From an uncultured delta proteobacterium (GTDB lineage Bacteria > Desulfobacterota > Desulfobacteria > Desulfobacterales > UBA5852): a DNA stretch of 64,000 nucleotides. The translations under genes and the position numbers were made by a program. The notes beneath the pieces were generated by a model. The model was not told where the DNA came from. It saw only the letters and a list, made by a program, of their open reading frames with translations, and made no database searches. The stretch is from the NCBI GenBank assembly GCA_963850465.1, contig CAWKLN010000001.1, forward strand, positions 64,915-128,914, in the 5' to 3' direction. Numbering within the stretch: position 1 is the stretch's first letter; each line of letters begins with the position of its first letter. Of the stretch, positions 56,046 to 64,000 are shown piece by piece.

Positions 56046-56236
56046 TATTATCCACGGGGAAAAAGGGTGCTTTCAGAATACTTATCGGCAGCATACGCCA
56101 TCCGGAGGGGATCTGCAAGCACCGTCGGTGGCGCGCCTAAGCCGGATTCCGATCGTGCGTTTTCATAAGCGCGCGCTGGCCGAAATCCAGCAGATTCTCC
56201 AGGGTGCGGATAGCCATTTGAAACAGGACAGCGAGC

Positions 56237-57115
56237 ATGCCGCCTGAAACAGATCATCACGCGCGGGAGATTGTCTCGCGGATCGTCCTTAAGGGAATTC
56301 CCTGGGATGCGAACAGCTCTTTTTGTCGTGGTGCTTCCGAGGCCCCGAACCATATCCGCAAGGCCTTCCACAGCAGGTCCGCCAACTATTTTTCCGAAAA
56401 CGGCCTGGATTTTGAAGATCATTCCTTTCTGGAAGACCGGGGCGATCTCCATCTCTCCGGGCAGGAAAGGGCCCTGGCGTTGATAGAACAGGAAGTTGAC
56501 GGGATTCTGAAGGAAGGCCACCGGCCGTTGCTGCTGGGAGGCGATCATGCCCTGACCTATCCGGCCCTGCGGGCCATGGGCGCGCATTACGCCGATTTGA
56601 CCGTCATTCATTTCGATGCCCACCCGGATCTTTACGATGAACTGGACGGCAATCGTTTTTCCCACGCCTGTCCGTTTGCCCGGGCCATGGAAAGCGGGTG
56701 CGTGGCGCGCCTGATTCAGGTGGGCATTCGTGCCACCACCCGTCATCAAAGGCACCAGGCGCAACGCTTCGGGGTGGAAGTGCATGAAATGCGGCATCGC
56801 CCCTGGCGGTTGCCGATGATCTTTAGCGGGCCGATATACATTTCCCTCGATCTGGATGTTCTGGACCCGGCGTTTGCCCCGGGGGTGTCGCATTTCGAAC
56901 CGGGGGGACTGACGACCCGGGAACTTATCGATATCCTTCAGGGCCTGCAAGGGCGGGTGGTGGGGGGCGATATTGTGGAGTTCAATCCCCGGCAGGATGC
57001 TTCCGGCAGGACGGCCATGGTGGCGGCCAAGTTGCTGAAAGAAATGGCCACGCTGATGATCCAGGCGGAAGGTCCCGACGGAAGAGGGCGCCGGACGGAA
57101 GCCGGGGGGAGTTGA
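56237..57115 (+). CDS. Agmatinase/arginase-family ureohydrolase
   Basis: Mn-ligand motifs LGGDHALT, HFDAHPDL, SLDLDVLDPAFAPG. Confidence 0.85.
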   Translation: MPPETDHHAREIVSRIVLKGIPWDANSSFCRGASEAPNHIRKAFHSRSANYFSENGLDFEDHSFLEDRGDLHLSGQERALALIEQEVDGILKEGHRPLLLGGDHALTYPALRAMGAHYADLTVIHFDAHPDLYDELDGNRFSHACPFARAMESGCVARLIQVGIRATTRHQRHQAQRFGVEVHEMRHRPWRLPMIFSGPIYISLDLDVLDPAFAPGVSHFEPGGLTTRELIDILQGLQGRVVGGDIVEFNPRQDASGRTAMVAAKLLKEMATLMIQAEGPDGRGRRTEAGGS

Positions 57116-57203
57116 TGTTCATCGTCAGTTGGGGTAAAAGATAACCTCGCATGACGCTGCGTGCCGGTTGCTATTTGAACGCCATTTGTGAAGGAGATCG
57201 TAA

Positions 57204-57602
57204 ATGATTTTTATCGGCAAATTTTTCTACCTGACCAACCAGCAGGAAATCGATGAACAAGAACGCCGCCACGGCGAGTTCGACCTGATCGTAGAGGCGC
57301 AAGACGGTGAGAGTGCGTTCGTGAAATTCAAGCAACGCATTGGTGAACTGCGGGATAAAGGTGATTTCTTTCAGGGGCAGACGCGTATATTTTTTATTCA
57401 GCTGCTCGAGTTCGATCGTTTTCCACGCCAACAGGCGCTCATGCTGAATCTCAAATCGACGGCCGGTGACCCCTTGATGCCCTTTATCGGGTGTTCCATT
57501 CCCTCGGATCAGGTCAATGCTTGCCGGATTTATGACTGGAAGAACAACGAGCCGGAAATCGATGGACAGAATGAGAAATTGTTCCTGGAATTCCAAGCCT
57601 GA
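57204..57602 (+). CDS. Hypothetical protein (132 aa)
   Basis: GAAGGAGA RBS 6 nt before the ATG. The opposite-strand 192-aa ORF lacks any such signal. Confidence 0.5.
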   Translation: MIFIGKFFYLTNQQEIDEQERRHGEFDLIVEAQDGESAFVKFKQRIGELRDKGDFFQGQTRIFFIQLLEFDRFPRQQALMLNLKSTAGDPLMPFIGCSIPSDQVNACRIYDWKNNEPEIDGQNEKLFLEFQA

Positions 57603-57630
57603 AAGGCATTGCCATACAGGAGACGGAAAC

Positions 57631-58419
57631 GTGTGGGCCGCCATGGCCAAAATTTTTGGCGGAGTGATAGGCGTGGGGCTGATTCTGTTCGGTTGCACGG
57701 AACCTCCGGCAACGCCGGGGCCGGCCTCTGACGATCGAATCGGATCCATCGTATCCTATGTCTATGAACCGGACCCCCAGGAATACCTTGCCGCCCCCCA
57801 ACTGTTTCCTCTGACCCCGGAGATGTCGCCGGCCGAAGCGCTGACGGCTTTGGGCTCCCATCTCAGCCGAAATTACTTCAACAGCGACACCGGTACCGGA
57901 GCTCCCTCGATTCGGTTTGAAGTTCTGGCGGTGCATGGTTTGCCGGTGACCCATCGTACCTATCGTCTGGCCGTCATCAACATGATCGACCCGCAACTGG
58001 AAGCCCTGCAAGGTTTTTTTCAGGGATCGGCGGGCGGCCAGACGACCTTCTACATGCTGACGGCGACTTTTTTACAACCCCATCTCGAACCGCCGCTGGC
58101 GGATGGCCTGATCCTGCTATATAATGGTGAAGAATTTCCAGCGTTTGACCATATTAATTTTCGGGGCATTGTTACGCCGGAAACCATCCGGCCTGTGGTC
58201 GACAACGTTCTCTACCGCAACCGCCGGCATGCCCCAGCCGTCACCGGGTGCCTCGGGATTGAGTTTGTCCCCCGCGGGCCCCATGGTCGGTGTCTGGGAA
58301 TGGTACGATCGGGATTGAAGGCCTCGGCCGGGAGCAAATCCGGGATACCCCTAACGCCATCGAAAGGACGGGACTGTTTTACCCCTATCGCCCGGGGTGA
58401 CGCCCGCGCGTGTTCTTGA
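57631..58419 (+). CDS. Hypothetical lipoprotein
   Basis: GGAGACGG RBS, GTG 57631 or ATG 57643, lipobox LILFGC. The C-terminal ~60 aa look compositionally odd, so a frame error is possible. Confidence 0.5.
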   Translation: MWAAMAKIFGGVIGVGLILFGCTEPPATPGPASDDRIGSIVSYVYEPDPQEYLAAPQLFPLTPEMSPAEALTALGSHLSRNYFNSDTGTGAPSIRFEVLAVHGLPVTHRTYRLAVINMIDPQLEALQGFFQGSAGGQTTFYMLTATFLQPHLEPPLADGLILLYNGEEFPAFDHINFRGIVTPETIRPVVDNVLYRNRRHAPAVTGCLGIEFVPRGPHGRCLGMVRSGLKASAGSKSGIPLTPSKGRDCFTPIARGDARACS

Positions 58420-58473
58420 TCATGGTTGCGATAGGAATTCTTCCGAAACCGCCATCGCATCGGGAGCTGGCCG

Positions 58474-58851
58474 ATGGATAGTCGCATACTGGCGGATGCC
58501 CTGCTGGTCCTGCACCTGCTTTTTATTCTGTTTGCGGTCTGCGGCAGTTTTCTGGCCTTGCGCTGGCCCCGGCTGGTGTGGATCCACTTTCCGGCAGCGG
58601 TCTGGGCGGCCTTGATTGCCCTGCTGGGCGGTATCTGTCCGCTGACCGAACTGGAAAACGATTTGCGGCACAGCGCCGGAATGGCCGGGTATTCCGACGG
58701 CCTGGTCGGCTCCCTGCTGATTCCTCTGATCTATCCCCACGGCCTCACACGGTCCTTGCAAATCGGACTCGGGGTTGGCGTGCTGCTGCTGAACGGGATC
58801 GGCTACGGCCTCCTGTTTTGGCAAAGACGGGCCGCACGGCCTCTGTCATGA
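58474..58851 (+). CDS. DUF2784-family membrane protein
   Basis: LHLLFILFAV..WIHFPAAVWAALIALLGGICPLTELENDLR matches the family pattern as I recall it. Confidence 0.7.
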   Translation: MDSRILADALLVLHLLFILFAVCGSFLALRWPRLVWIHFPAAVWAALIALLGGICPLTELENDLRHSAGMAGYSDGLVGSLLIPLIYPHGLTRSLQIGLGVGVLLLNGIGYGLLFWQRRAARPLS

Positions 58852-58962
58852 CCGCATCTCAATCAGTTTGACAGTCCGAACGCCTTCAGGTATCCATCAA
58901 TGTTTTTATTTCTGCTTTAGTGTGTTTCGAAAGCTTGCCGAGAGCACAGGTACGGGGCTGAT

Positions 58963-60876
58963 ATGGCCATACGGACACTTCATAAGATTGACTACGGTTT
59001 CGGCGGAAGACCGCTCCTGGCGGATGTTTCGCTGCAAATCGAACCGGGCGAACGGATCGGCATCCTGGGCCGCAACGGGTCCGGGAAGACGACGCTCCTC
59101 AAGGTGATCAGCGGGGAGCTGGTGCCGGATAGCGGTACGGTGGAATCGCCTCCGGGTATCCGGGTGGCACGCCTGCCGCAGGGGATACCGGCCCGTTTGA
59201 CAGGCACCGTTTTCGACGTCGTGGCCGAAGGGCTGGGGGACCGGGGTGCGCTCCTGGCGGAATATCATCATCTGAGCGACCACTTGGGCCGCCGGCCGGA
59301 ACCGGATGTCGCCCGACGCCTGGATGTCGTCCATCAGGCCCTGGACGCCGCCGAGGGATGGGATGCGGAGCGGGAGGTCAACACCCTTGTGTCGCAGATG
59401 TCCTTGCCGGCCGGGGACCTTTTTACCACGCTGTCGGTGGGCCTGCAGCGTCGGGTGCTGTTGGCCAGGGCTCTGGCGGCCAAGCCGGATCTTCTCCTGC
59501 TGGATGAGCCCACCAACCATTTCGATATGGATAACATTCAGCATCTGGAAGCCATGATCCTGACCTGGCAGGGCACCCTGCTTTTTGTGTCGCACGATCG
59601 TATCTTTCTGCAGAAACTCGCGACGCGTATTGTGGAATTGGATCGCGGCCGACTGCTGTCCTGGCGTTGCGACTATGCCACCTATCTCCAGCGCAAGGAG
59701 GCCGCTCTTGAAGTCGAGACTCTCAACAACCATCGCCAGGACAAAAAGCTGGCCGAGGAAGAAGACTGGATTCGCAAAGGGGTGAAAGCCCGCCGACACC
59801 GGAACGAAGGGCGCGTGCGTGCGCTCAAAGCCTTGCGAGCCGAACGCCGGGACCGCTTGGAGCAGATCGGCAGTGCCCGGCTTATGGCCCAGGAGGCCGA
59901 GCGTAGCGGCAAGCTGGTGATCGAAGCGGATGGCCTTGGCTATGCCTATCAACAGAAGATGGTTTTTGCGGATTTCCAGACGGTGATCATGCGCGGCGAC
60001 AAGATTGGGGTGATCGGTCCCAATGGGTGCGGTAAATCGACCCTGCTGAAAGTTCTTCTGGGACAACTGGACCCGGGCAGCGGCCGGGTCCGCCACGGCA
60101 CCCACCTGCAGCCGGCGTATTTCGATCAGACACGGTCCCAGCTCGATGAAAATCGATCGCTTCAGGACAACATCGCCGATGGCAACGACAAGGTGGTCAT
60201 CGATGGTCGTCCGCGGCATATCATCGGTTATCTCAAGGATTTTCTTTTCCCCCCCGACCGGGCGCGGTCACCGGTACGTGTATTGTCCGGCGGGGAACGC
60301 AACCGTCTTCTGCTGGCCAAGCTTTTTGCCAAACCGGCCAACCTGCTGGTCCTGGATGAACCCACCAACGACCTCGACCTGGAAACCATCGAATTGCTGG
60401 AAAACCTGCTGGTGGCCTTTCAAGGGACGATTCTTCTGGTCAGCCACGATCGGGCCTTTCTCGACAACGTGGTCACCAGCACCCTGGTATTCGAAGGGGA
60501 GGGGCGCATATCCGAATATGTCGGCGGCTACCAGGACTGGCAACGCCAGCGTGCAGCCAATGCGCCTCGCAAACCTGAAAAGACGCCTGACCGCCCGGGC
60601 CGACCGTCCCAGCGTGTCAAGCCGCAGGCGCGGAAACTGTCCTATCATGAAGTGCGCGAACTGGAACGGCTGCCGGAGTTGATCGAGCAGTTTGAGCATG
60701 AACAGGCGGCGCTATTTGAAAGCCTGGCCGACCCCGCATTCTACCGGTCCGAAGGTAATGCGGTTAGTATGGCCCGGTCCCGTCTGGCGGAAGTGGAAAA
60801 CGAACTGGCCAAAGCCTATGGCCGCTGGGAAGAATTGGACGCCAAAGATCCGGGCGCCAATTCGCCGGCATCCTGA
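58963..60876 (+). CDS. uup: ABC-F family ATPase (Uup-like, with C-terminal coiled coil)
   Basis: Two Walker A motifs (GRNGSGKTT, GPNGCGKST) and two signatures (LSVGLQRR, LSGGERNR). No TM domain. The basic linker and helical tail are present. Confidence 0.85.
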   Translation: MAIRTLHKIDYGFGGRPLLADVSLQIEPGERIGILGRNGSGKTTLLKVISGELVPDSGTVESPPGIRVARLPQGIPARLTGTVFDVVAEGLGDRGALLAEYHHLSDHLGRRPEPDVARRLDVVHQALDAAEGWDAEREVNTLVSQMSLPAGDLFTTLSVGLQRRVLLARALAAKPDLLLLDEPTNHFDMDNIQHLEAMILTWQGTLLFVSHDRIFLQKLATRIVELDRGRLLSWRCDYATYLQRKEAALEVETLNNHRQDKKLAEEEDWIRKGVKARRHRNEGRVRALKALRAERRDRLEQIGSARLMAQEAERSGKLVIEADGLGYAYQQKMVFADFQTVIMRGDKIGVIGPNGCGKSTLLKVLLGQLDPGSGRVRHGTHLQPAYFDQTRSQLDENRSLQDNIADGNDKVVIDGRPRHIIGYLKDFLFPPDRARSPVRVLSGGERNRLLLAKLFAKPANLLVLDEPTNDLDLETIELLENLLVAFQGTILLVSHDRAFLDNVVTSTLVFEGEGRISEYVGGYQDWQRQRAANAPRKPEKTPDRPGRPSQRVKPQARKLSYHEVRELERLPELIEQFEHEQAALFESLADPAFYRSEGNAVSMARSRLAEVENELAKAYGRWEELDAKDPGANSPAS

Positions 60877-60887
60877 AAGGAGTGTCA

Positions 60888-61295
60888 ATGTCGTCTATGG
60901 AAGATACCCACAGTAAAACGATTGGCTATATCCTGTGGATTTTCGGATTCATGGGTGCGCACCGGTTTTATTACGGCCGGCCCATCAGCGGCACGATCTA
61001 CTTTTTTACACTGGGGCTGTTTTTCGTCGGATGGATCGTCGATCTCTTTCTGATTCCCGGTATGGATAAAAAGGCCGGCCTCCGGTTTGCTGCCGGGCCT
61101 CTGAACTTTAACGTGGCCTGGGCCCTGCTGACTTTCCTGGGAATTTTCGGCGTTCACCGTTTTTACATGGGTAAATGGCTCAGCGGTATTCTTTATTTTT
61201 TTACGGGCGGATTAGGATTGATTGGCATCATCTACGACTATTGGACCTTGAACGATCAGCTGACCCTGATCAACAACCGTGCGGCCCGGGCGTGA
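60888..61295 (+). CDS. TM2-domain protein
   Basis: Two repeats of the G.HRFY.G motif (FMGAHRFYYGR, IFGVHRFYMGK) in hydrophobic hairpins. Confidence 0.8.
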   Translation: MSSMEDTHSKTIGYILWIFGFMGAHRFYYGRPISGTIYFFTLGLFFVGWIVDLFLIPGMDKKAGLRFAAGPLNFNVAWALLTFLGIFGVHRFYMGKWLSGILYFFTGGLGLIGIIYDYWTLNDQLTLINNRAARA

Positions 61296-61329
61296 TGCCC
61301 TGTAACACTGGCCGAGGCAGGGCGGCGCG

Positions 61330-62556
61330 ATGAAAATTCTGCTGGTCTCATACGGATCGATGGGGGACGTCCGGCCCCTGCTGGCCCTCGGGCAGGCCTT
61401 GCGCGATCAGGGCCAGCATGTCCGCGTCTGCGCCCCCCCGGACAGCCGACGATTGTTTACGGCGGCCGGTTTAGTGTTTTCCGCCATGGGAGGAAACGTC
61501 CGGCAACTGATGGACGACCGGGCGGACCAGTTTATCGGGCGTCCCTTGGCGGCCGCGGCACCGATGACGCGTGCACTCTGGCAGGAACTGGAAACGCAAT
61601 TTCGAAGGCTGCCACGGGAGATGGCGGCTGCGGACCTGGTGATCAGCGCCGGCCTGGCCATGGCCGTGCCTTCGGTGGCGGAGGCCGTCGGCGTGCCCTA
61701 TTTCTATGCGGTCAGCATACCAGCCCTTTTACCTTCCCGTTGCCATGCCCCCGTGACGGTGCCCTGGCAGAATCTACCCGGCTTTTGCAATCTTGCGCTC
61801 TGGCGAATCGGAAGTCGGCTGCTCGATCTCGGGTACAAACCGCTTGTGAACCGGCACCGCCGAGTTCTGGGGCTGGCGCCGCTGGATCGTCTGCTGCCGC
61901 ACGCGACGGCCAATCTGATTGTGTCCGCCGACAAGGAACTGGCCCCCCTGCCGCCGGAAGCGCCATCCGATTGCCGGCAGACCGGCTACTGGCACGTATT
62001 GCCGACGGGGGCGCTGCCAGCGGAGATCGAGATCTTCCTGGAAAAAGGTGCGCTTCCGATCTATATCGGATTCGGCAGCATGGGCGATCCGGCACCGCAC
62101 CGAACGGCGGTACTCCTGCGACGCGCCGCCCGCCTGGCAGGTGTACGGGCCATAATTCAGAGTGGTTGGGCCGGATGGGCTTTTGAAAGCGACGCCGACT
62201 GTCTCTGCGTGGCGGGTGATCTGCCGCACGATAAACTGTTTGCCCGTGTGGCCGGCGTGGTTCACCACGGCGGCGCCGGGACGGTCATGGCGGCCGCCCG
62301 GGCCGGCGTGCCCCAAATGATTGTTCCCCATCTCCTCGATCAATATTACTGGGGGCGACTGATCGTGAAGCGGGGCATCGGCCCGCAGCCTCTGCCGATA
62401 AACCGCTTGAGCGCCGAAAAGCTGGCCAAGGCGATTCAGCAGATGGTGGCCTCTCCGGGGATGCAGTCCCGCGCCCGAGCTCTGGCGGGTCCCTTGCAGC
62501 GCCGTGACGGGGCGCAGGAGGCGGCCCGTTTGATAACGGCGGGCGCCTGTCGCTGA
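61330..62556 (+). CDS. GT1-family (UGT/MGT-like) glycosyltransferase
   Basis: MKILLVSYGSMGDVRPLLALGQAL N-terminus and the C-terminal donor-binding HHGGAGT motif. Confidence 0.8.
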   Translation: MKILLVSYGSMGDVRPLLALGQALRDQGQHVRVCAPPDSRRLFTAAGLVFSAMGGNVRQLMDDRADQFIGRPLAAAAPMTRALWQELETQFRRLPREMAAADLVISAGLAMAVPSVAEAVGVPYFYAVSIPALLPSRCHAPVTVPWQNLPGFCNLALWRIGSRLLDLGYKPLVNRHRRVLGLAPLDRLLPHATANLIVSADKELAPLPPEAPSDCRQTGYWHVLPTGALPAEIEIFLEKGALPIYIGFGSMGDPAPHRTAVLLRRAARLAGVRAIIQSGWAGWAFESDADCLCVAGDLPHDKLFARVAGVVHHGGAGTVMAAARAGVPQMIVPHLLDQYYWGRLIVKRGIGPQPLPINRLSAEKLAKAIQQMVASPGMQSRARALAGPLQRRDGAQEAARLITAGACR

Positions 62557-62690
62557 CGGTCGTTTCACCGCTACCGGCCAGCGCGCCTGCATCCGAAGAC
62601 GGCGTCTGGCCGGCCCGGGGCTCATTTCTCCCTTGATATCACTCACGGAATGTGTATTGTGCGGTGACCTTGGCGTTTTGACGAACCCGC

Positions 62691-62718
62691 TTGACAAGCT
62701 GGTCGTGAGCCGTATAGT
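62691..62718 (+). promoter_or_regulatory. Putative sigma-70 promoter of the DUF134 gene
   Basis: TTGACA, 16 nt, then TATAGT. It lies 36 nt upstream of ATG 62754, with GGAGG in between. Confidence 0.5.
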
Positions 62719-62753
62719 TATTTTTGAGTATACTCCCATTATGGAGGCTTTAT

Positions 62754-63221
62754 ATGCGCCCTCAAAAAGATCGTATCGTCGCTTTCAACCCGGATATAAG
62801 CTATTTCAAGCCGCGTGGAATTCCCATGCTGGATCTTGAAGAAGTCCGCCTTACGGTGGATGAATGTGAAGCCCTGCGGTTATCGGACCTGCTTGATCTA
62901 TCCCACGAAGACGGCGGCAAACAGATGGGCGTGTCGCGGGCCACGTTTGGACGGATTCTGCAGCGGGCCCGCAGCTGTGTGGCCGACGCCTTGATCAATG
63001 GCAAAGCCATCAATATCGAGGGCGGCAATTATAAAATGACCTCGAAGGAACGCATTTTTGAATGCGACGCCTGCCAGCGGCGCTGGAGTGAGCTTCCGGG
63101 CACGGGCCGGCCGGAGCATTGCCCCCACTGCAGCAGCCGTAAACTGTTTCGTATCAGTCAGGGTCATATATCCGCCAAGGACGGTCGTGGCCACGGTTCC
63201 AAAGCCCGGGGACCCAAATAA
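62754..63221 (+). CDS. DUF134 (UPF0251) DNA-binding-type protein with C-terminal zinc-ribbon extension
   Basis: FKPRGIP...LTVDECEALRLSDLLDLSHEDGGKQMGVSRATFGRIL is the DUF134 core. The tail has CDAC...CPHC. Confidence 0.75.
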   Translation: MRPQKDRIVAFNPDISYFKPRGIPMLDLEEVRLTVDECEALRLSDLLDLSHEDGGKQMGVSRATFGRILQRARSCVADALINGKAINIEGGNYKMTSKERIFECDACQRRWSELPGTGRPEHCPHCSSRKLFRISQGHISAKDGRGHGSKARGPK

Positions 63222-63422
63222 ATGCGCTGACCGTCGGATGGCGTCCCGGCCTTCATCGCAGCGGATGGACGCCAGGCGCTGCCCGCCTGATGGATCCTTA
63301 ACGAAGGCTAACCTCGAAAACGCCTTCTCTGGTGCGTTCAGAGACGTGGGGGCAGGATGATACCTGCGTGGATTGCTGCGCAGTCAATAGATAACAGTTG
63401 TTTCAACAGGAGAAGAAGTATC

Positions 63423-64000
63423 ATGGCGCAAATAATGAGTTCTCCGGGTAATGCCAACAAAAAACGGCATAGCCAGGGAGAACAGGATGCAGCATTAAAG
63501 GATTCCCTGGACCGGATCAAAAACAAGCTGGTCGTCATGAGCGGCAAGGGCGGCGTGGGCAAAACCAGTACCTCGGTCAATCTGTCGATTGCCCTGGCAC
63601 GCCTTGGCTATCGCGTGGGTTTGATGGATGTGGACCTCCACGGTCCGGATGTTCCCCGCGTGCTGGGCCTGATGGGCATGATCGGATTGAGCAAGAACAA
63701 CAAACTCGACCCCATGCGCTTCAACGACAACCTGAAGGTGGTTTCCATCGAGTCCCTGACCGCCAGCAAAGACGACGCCATCATCTGGCGGGGTCCTATC
63801 AAATATTCCGCCATACGCCAGTTTATCGCAGACGTTGACTGGGGCGAACTTGATTTCCTTCTTATCGACGCCCCTCCGGGTACCGGCGACGAACCCCTGA
63901 CCGTGGCCCAGACCATTCCGGATGCCAAGGCCGTTATTGTGACCACCCCCCAGGAGGTCTCCCTGGCGGACGTCCGCAAATCCATCAGCTTCTGCCACAC
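63423..64000 (+). CDS. mrp: Mrp/NBP35/ApbC-family Fe-S cluster carrier ATPase (3' end beyond window)
   Basis: Not in the ORF track because no stop lies in the window. ATG 63423. Deviant Walker A MSGKGGVGKTS, LLIDAPPGTGDE. Confidence 0.85.
   Translation, partial: MAQIMSSPGNANKKRHSQGEQDAALKDSLDRIKNKLVVMSGKGGVGKTSTSVNLSIALARLGYRVGLMDVDLHGPDVPRVLGLMGMIGLSKNNKLDPMRFNDNLKVVSIESLTASKDDAIIWRGPIKYSAIRQFIADVDWGELDFLLIDAPPGTGDEPLTVAQTIPDAKAVIVTTPQEVSLADVRKSISFCH

Noticed and set aside
58906-60219. 437-aa ORF antisense to the ABC-F ATPase
   Set aside because: The sense strand has two complete Walker A, signature and Walker B sets. The antisense ORF has none.

Overview
The window is a 64-kb chromosomal segment that reads like a sulfate-reducing Desulfobacterales-type deltaproteobacterium. 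That assignment is an inference from a complete HmcABCDEF-like redox operon, high G+C and overall gene content; no database was searched. Most of it is densely packed core genome:
- hmcA-F (3-6016)
- a Yej/Opp-type peptide ABC importer (6854-13702)
- a GluR0-type ligand-gated K+ channel
- a FadN-type dehydrogenase/hydratase plus thiolase pair
- dusB, mnmG, cbpA, hpt, ddl, a fused purD-purE and tsaC
- tRNA-Met(CAT) and tRNA-Leu(CAA)
- pqiA/A'/B/C, an agmatinase-family enzyme, an ABC-F ATPase, a GT1 glycosyltransferase, DUF134 and Mrp
- several lipoproteins and two very large acidic low-complexity proteins

The only clearly accessory piece is a ~3.8-kb AT-richer islet directly 3' of tRNA-Leu (46687-50520). 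It has no integrase. It carries a BglII-like endonuclease without a methylase, a secreted SNase-like nuclease, tandem paralogous mini-ORFs, phased GGTAC repeats, three related intrinsic terminators and a consensus sigma-54 promoter. That promoter appears to drive a ~240-nt terminator-capped transcript with an anti-Shine-Dalgarno-like stretch. I do not recognise a named novel system in it.

Next to the islet, pqiB is broken by roughly ten or more frame changes. A ~130-150-bp intergenic repeat family occurs at several sites.

Caution: isolated frameshifts also interrupt conserved genes (hmcB, oppF, mnmG, a DUF1992 gene, pqiA), often at homopolymers. Sequence or assembly errors are therefore likely, and single frameshifts should not be read as biology. 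I saw no CRISPR array, rRNA, transposase or integrase.
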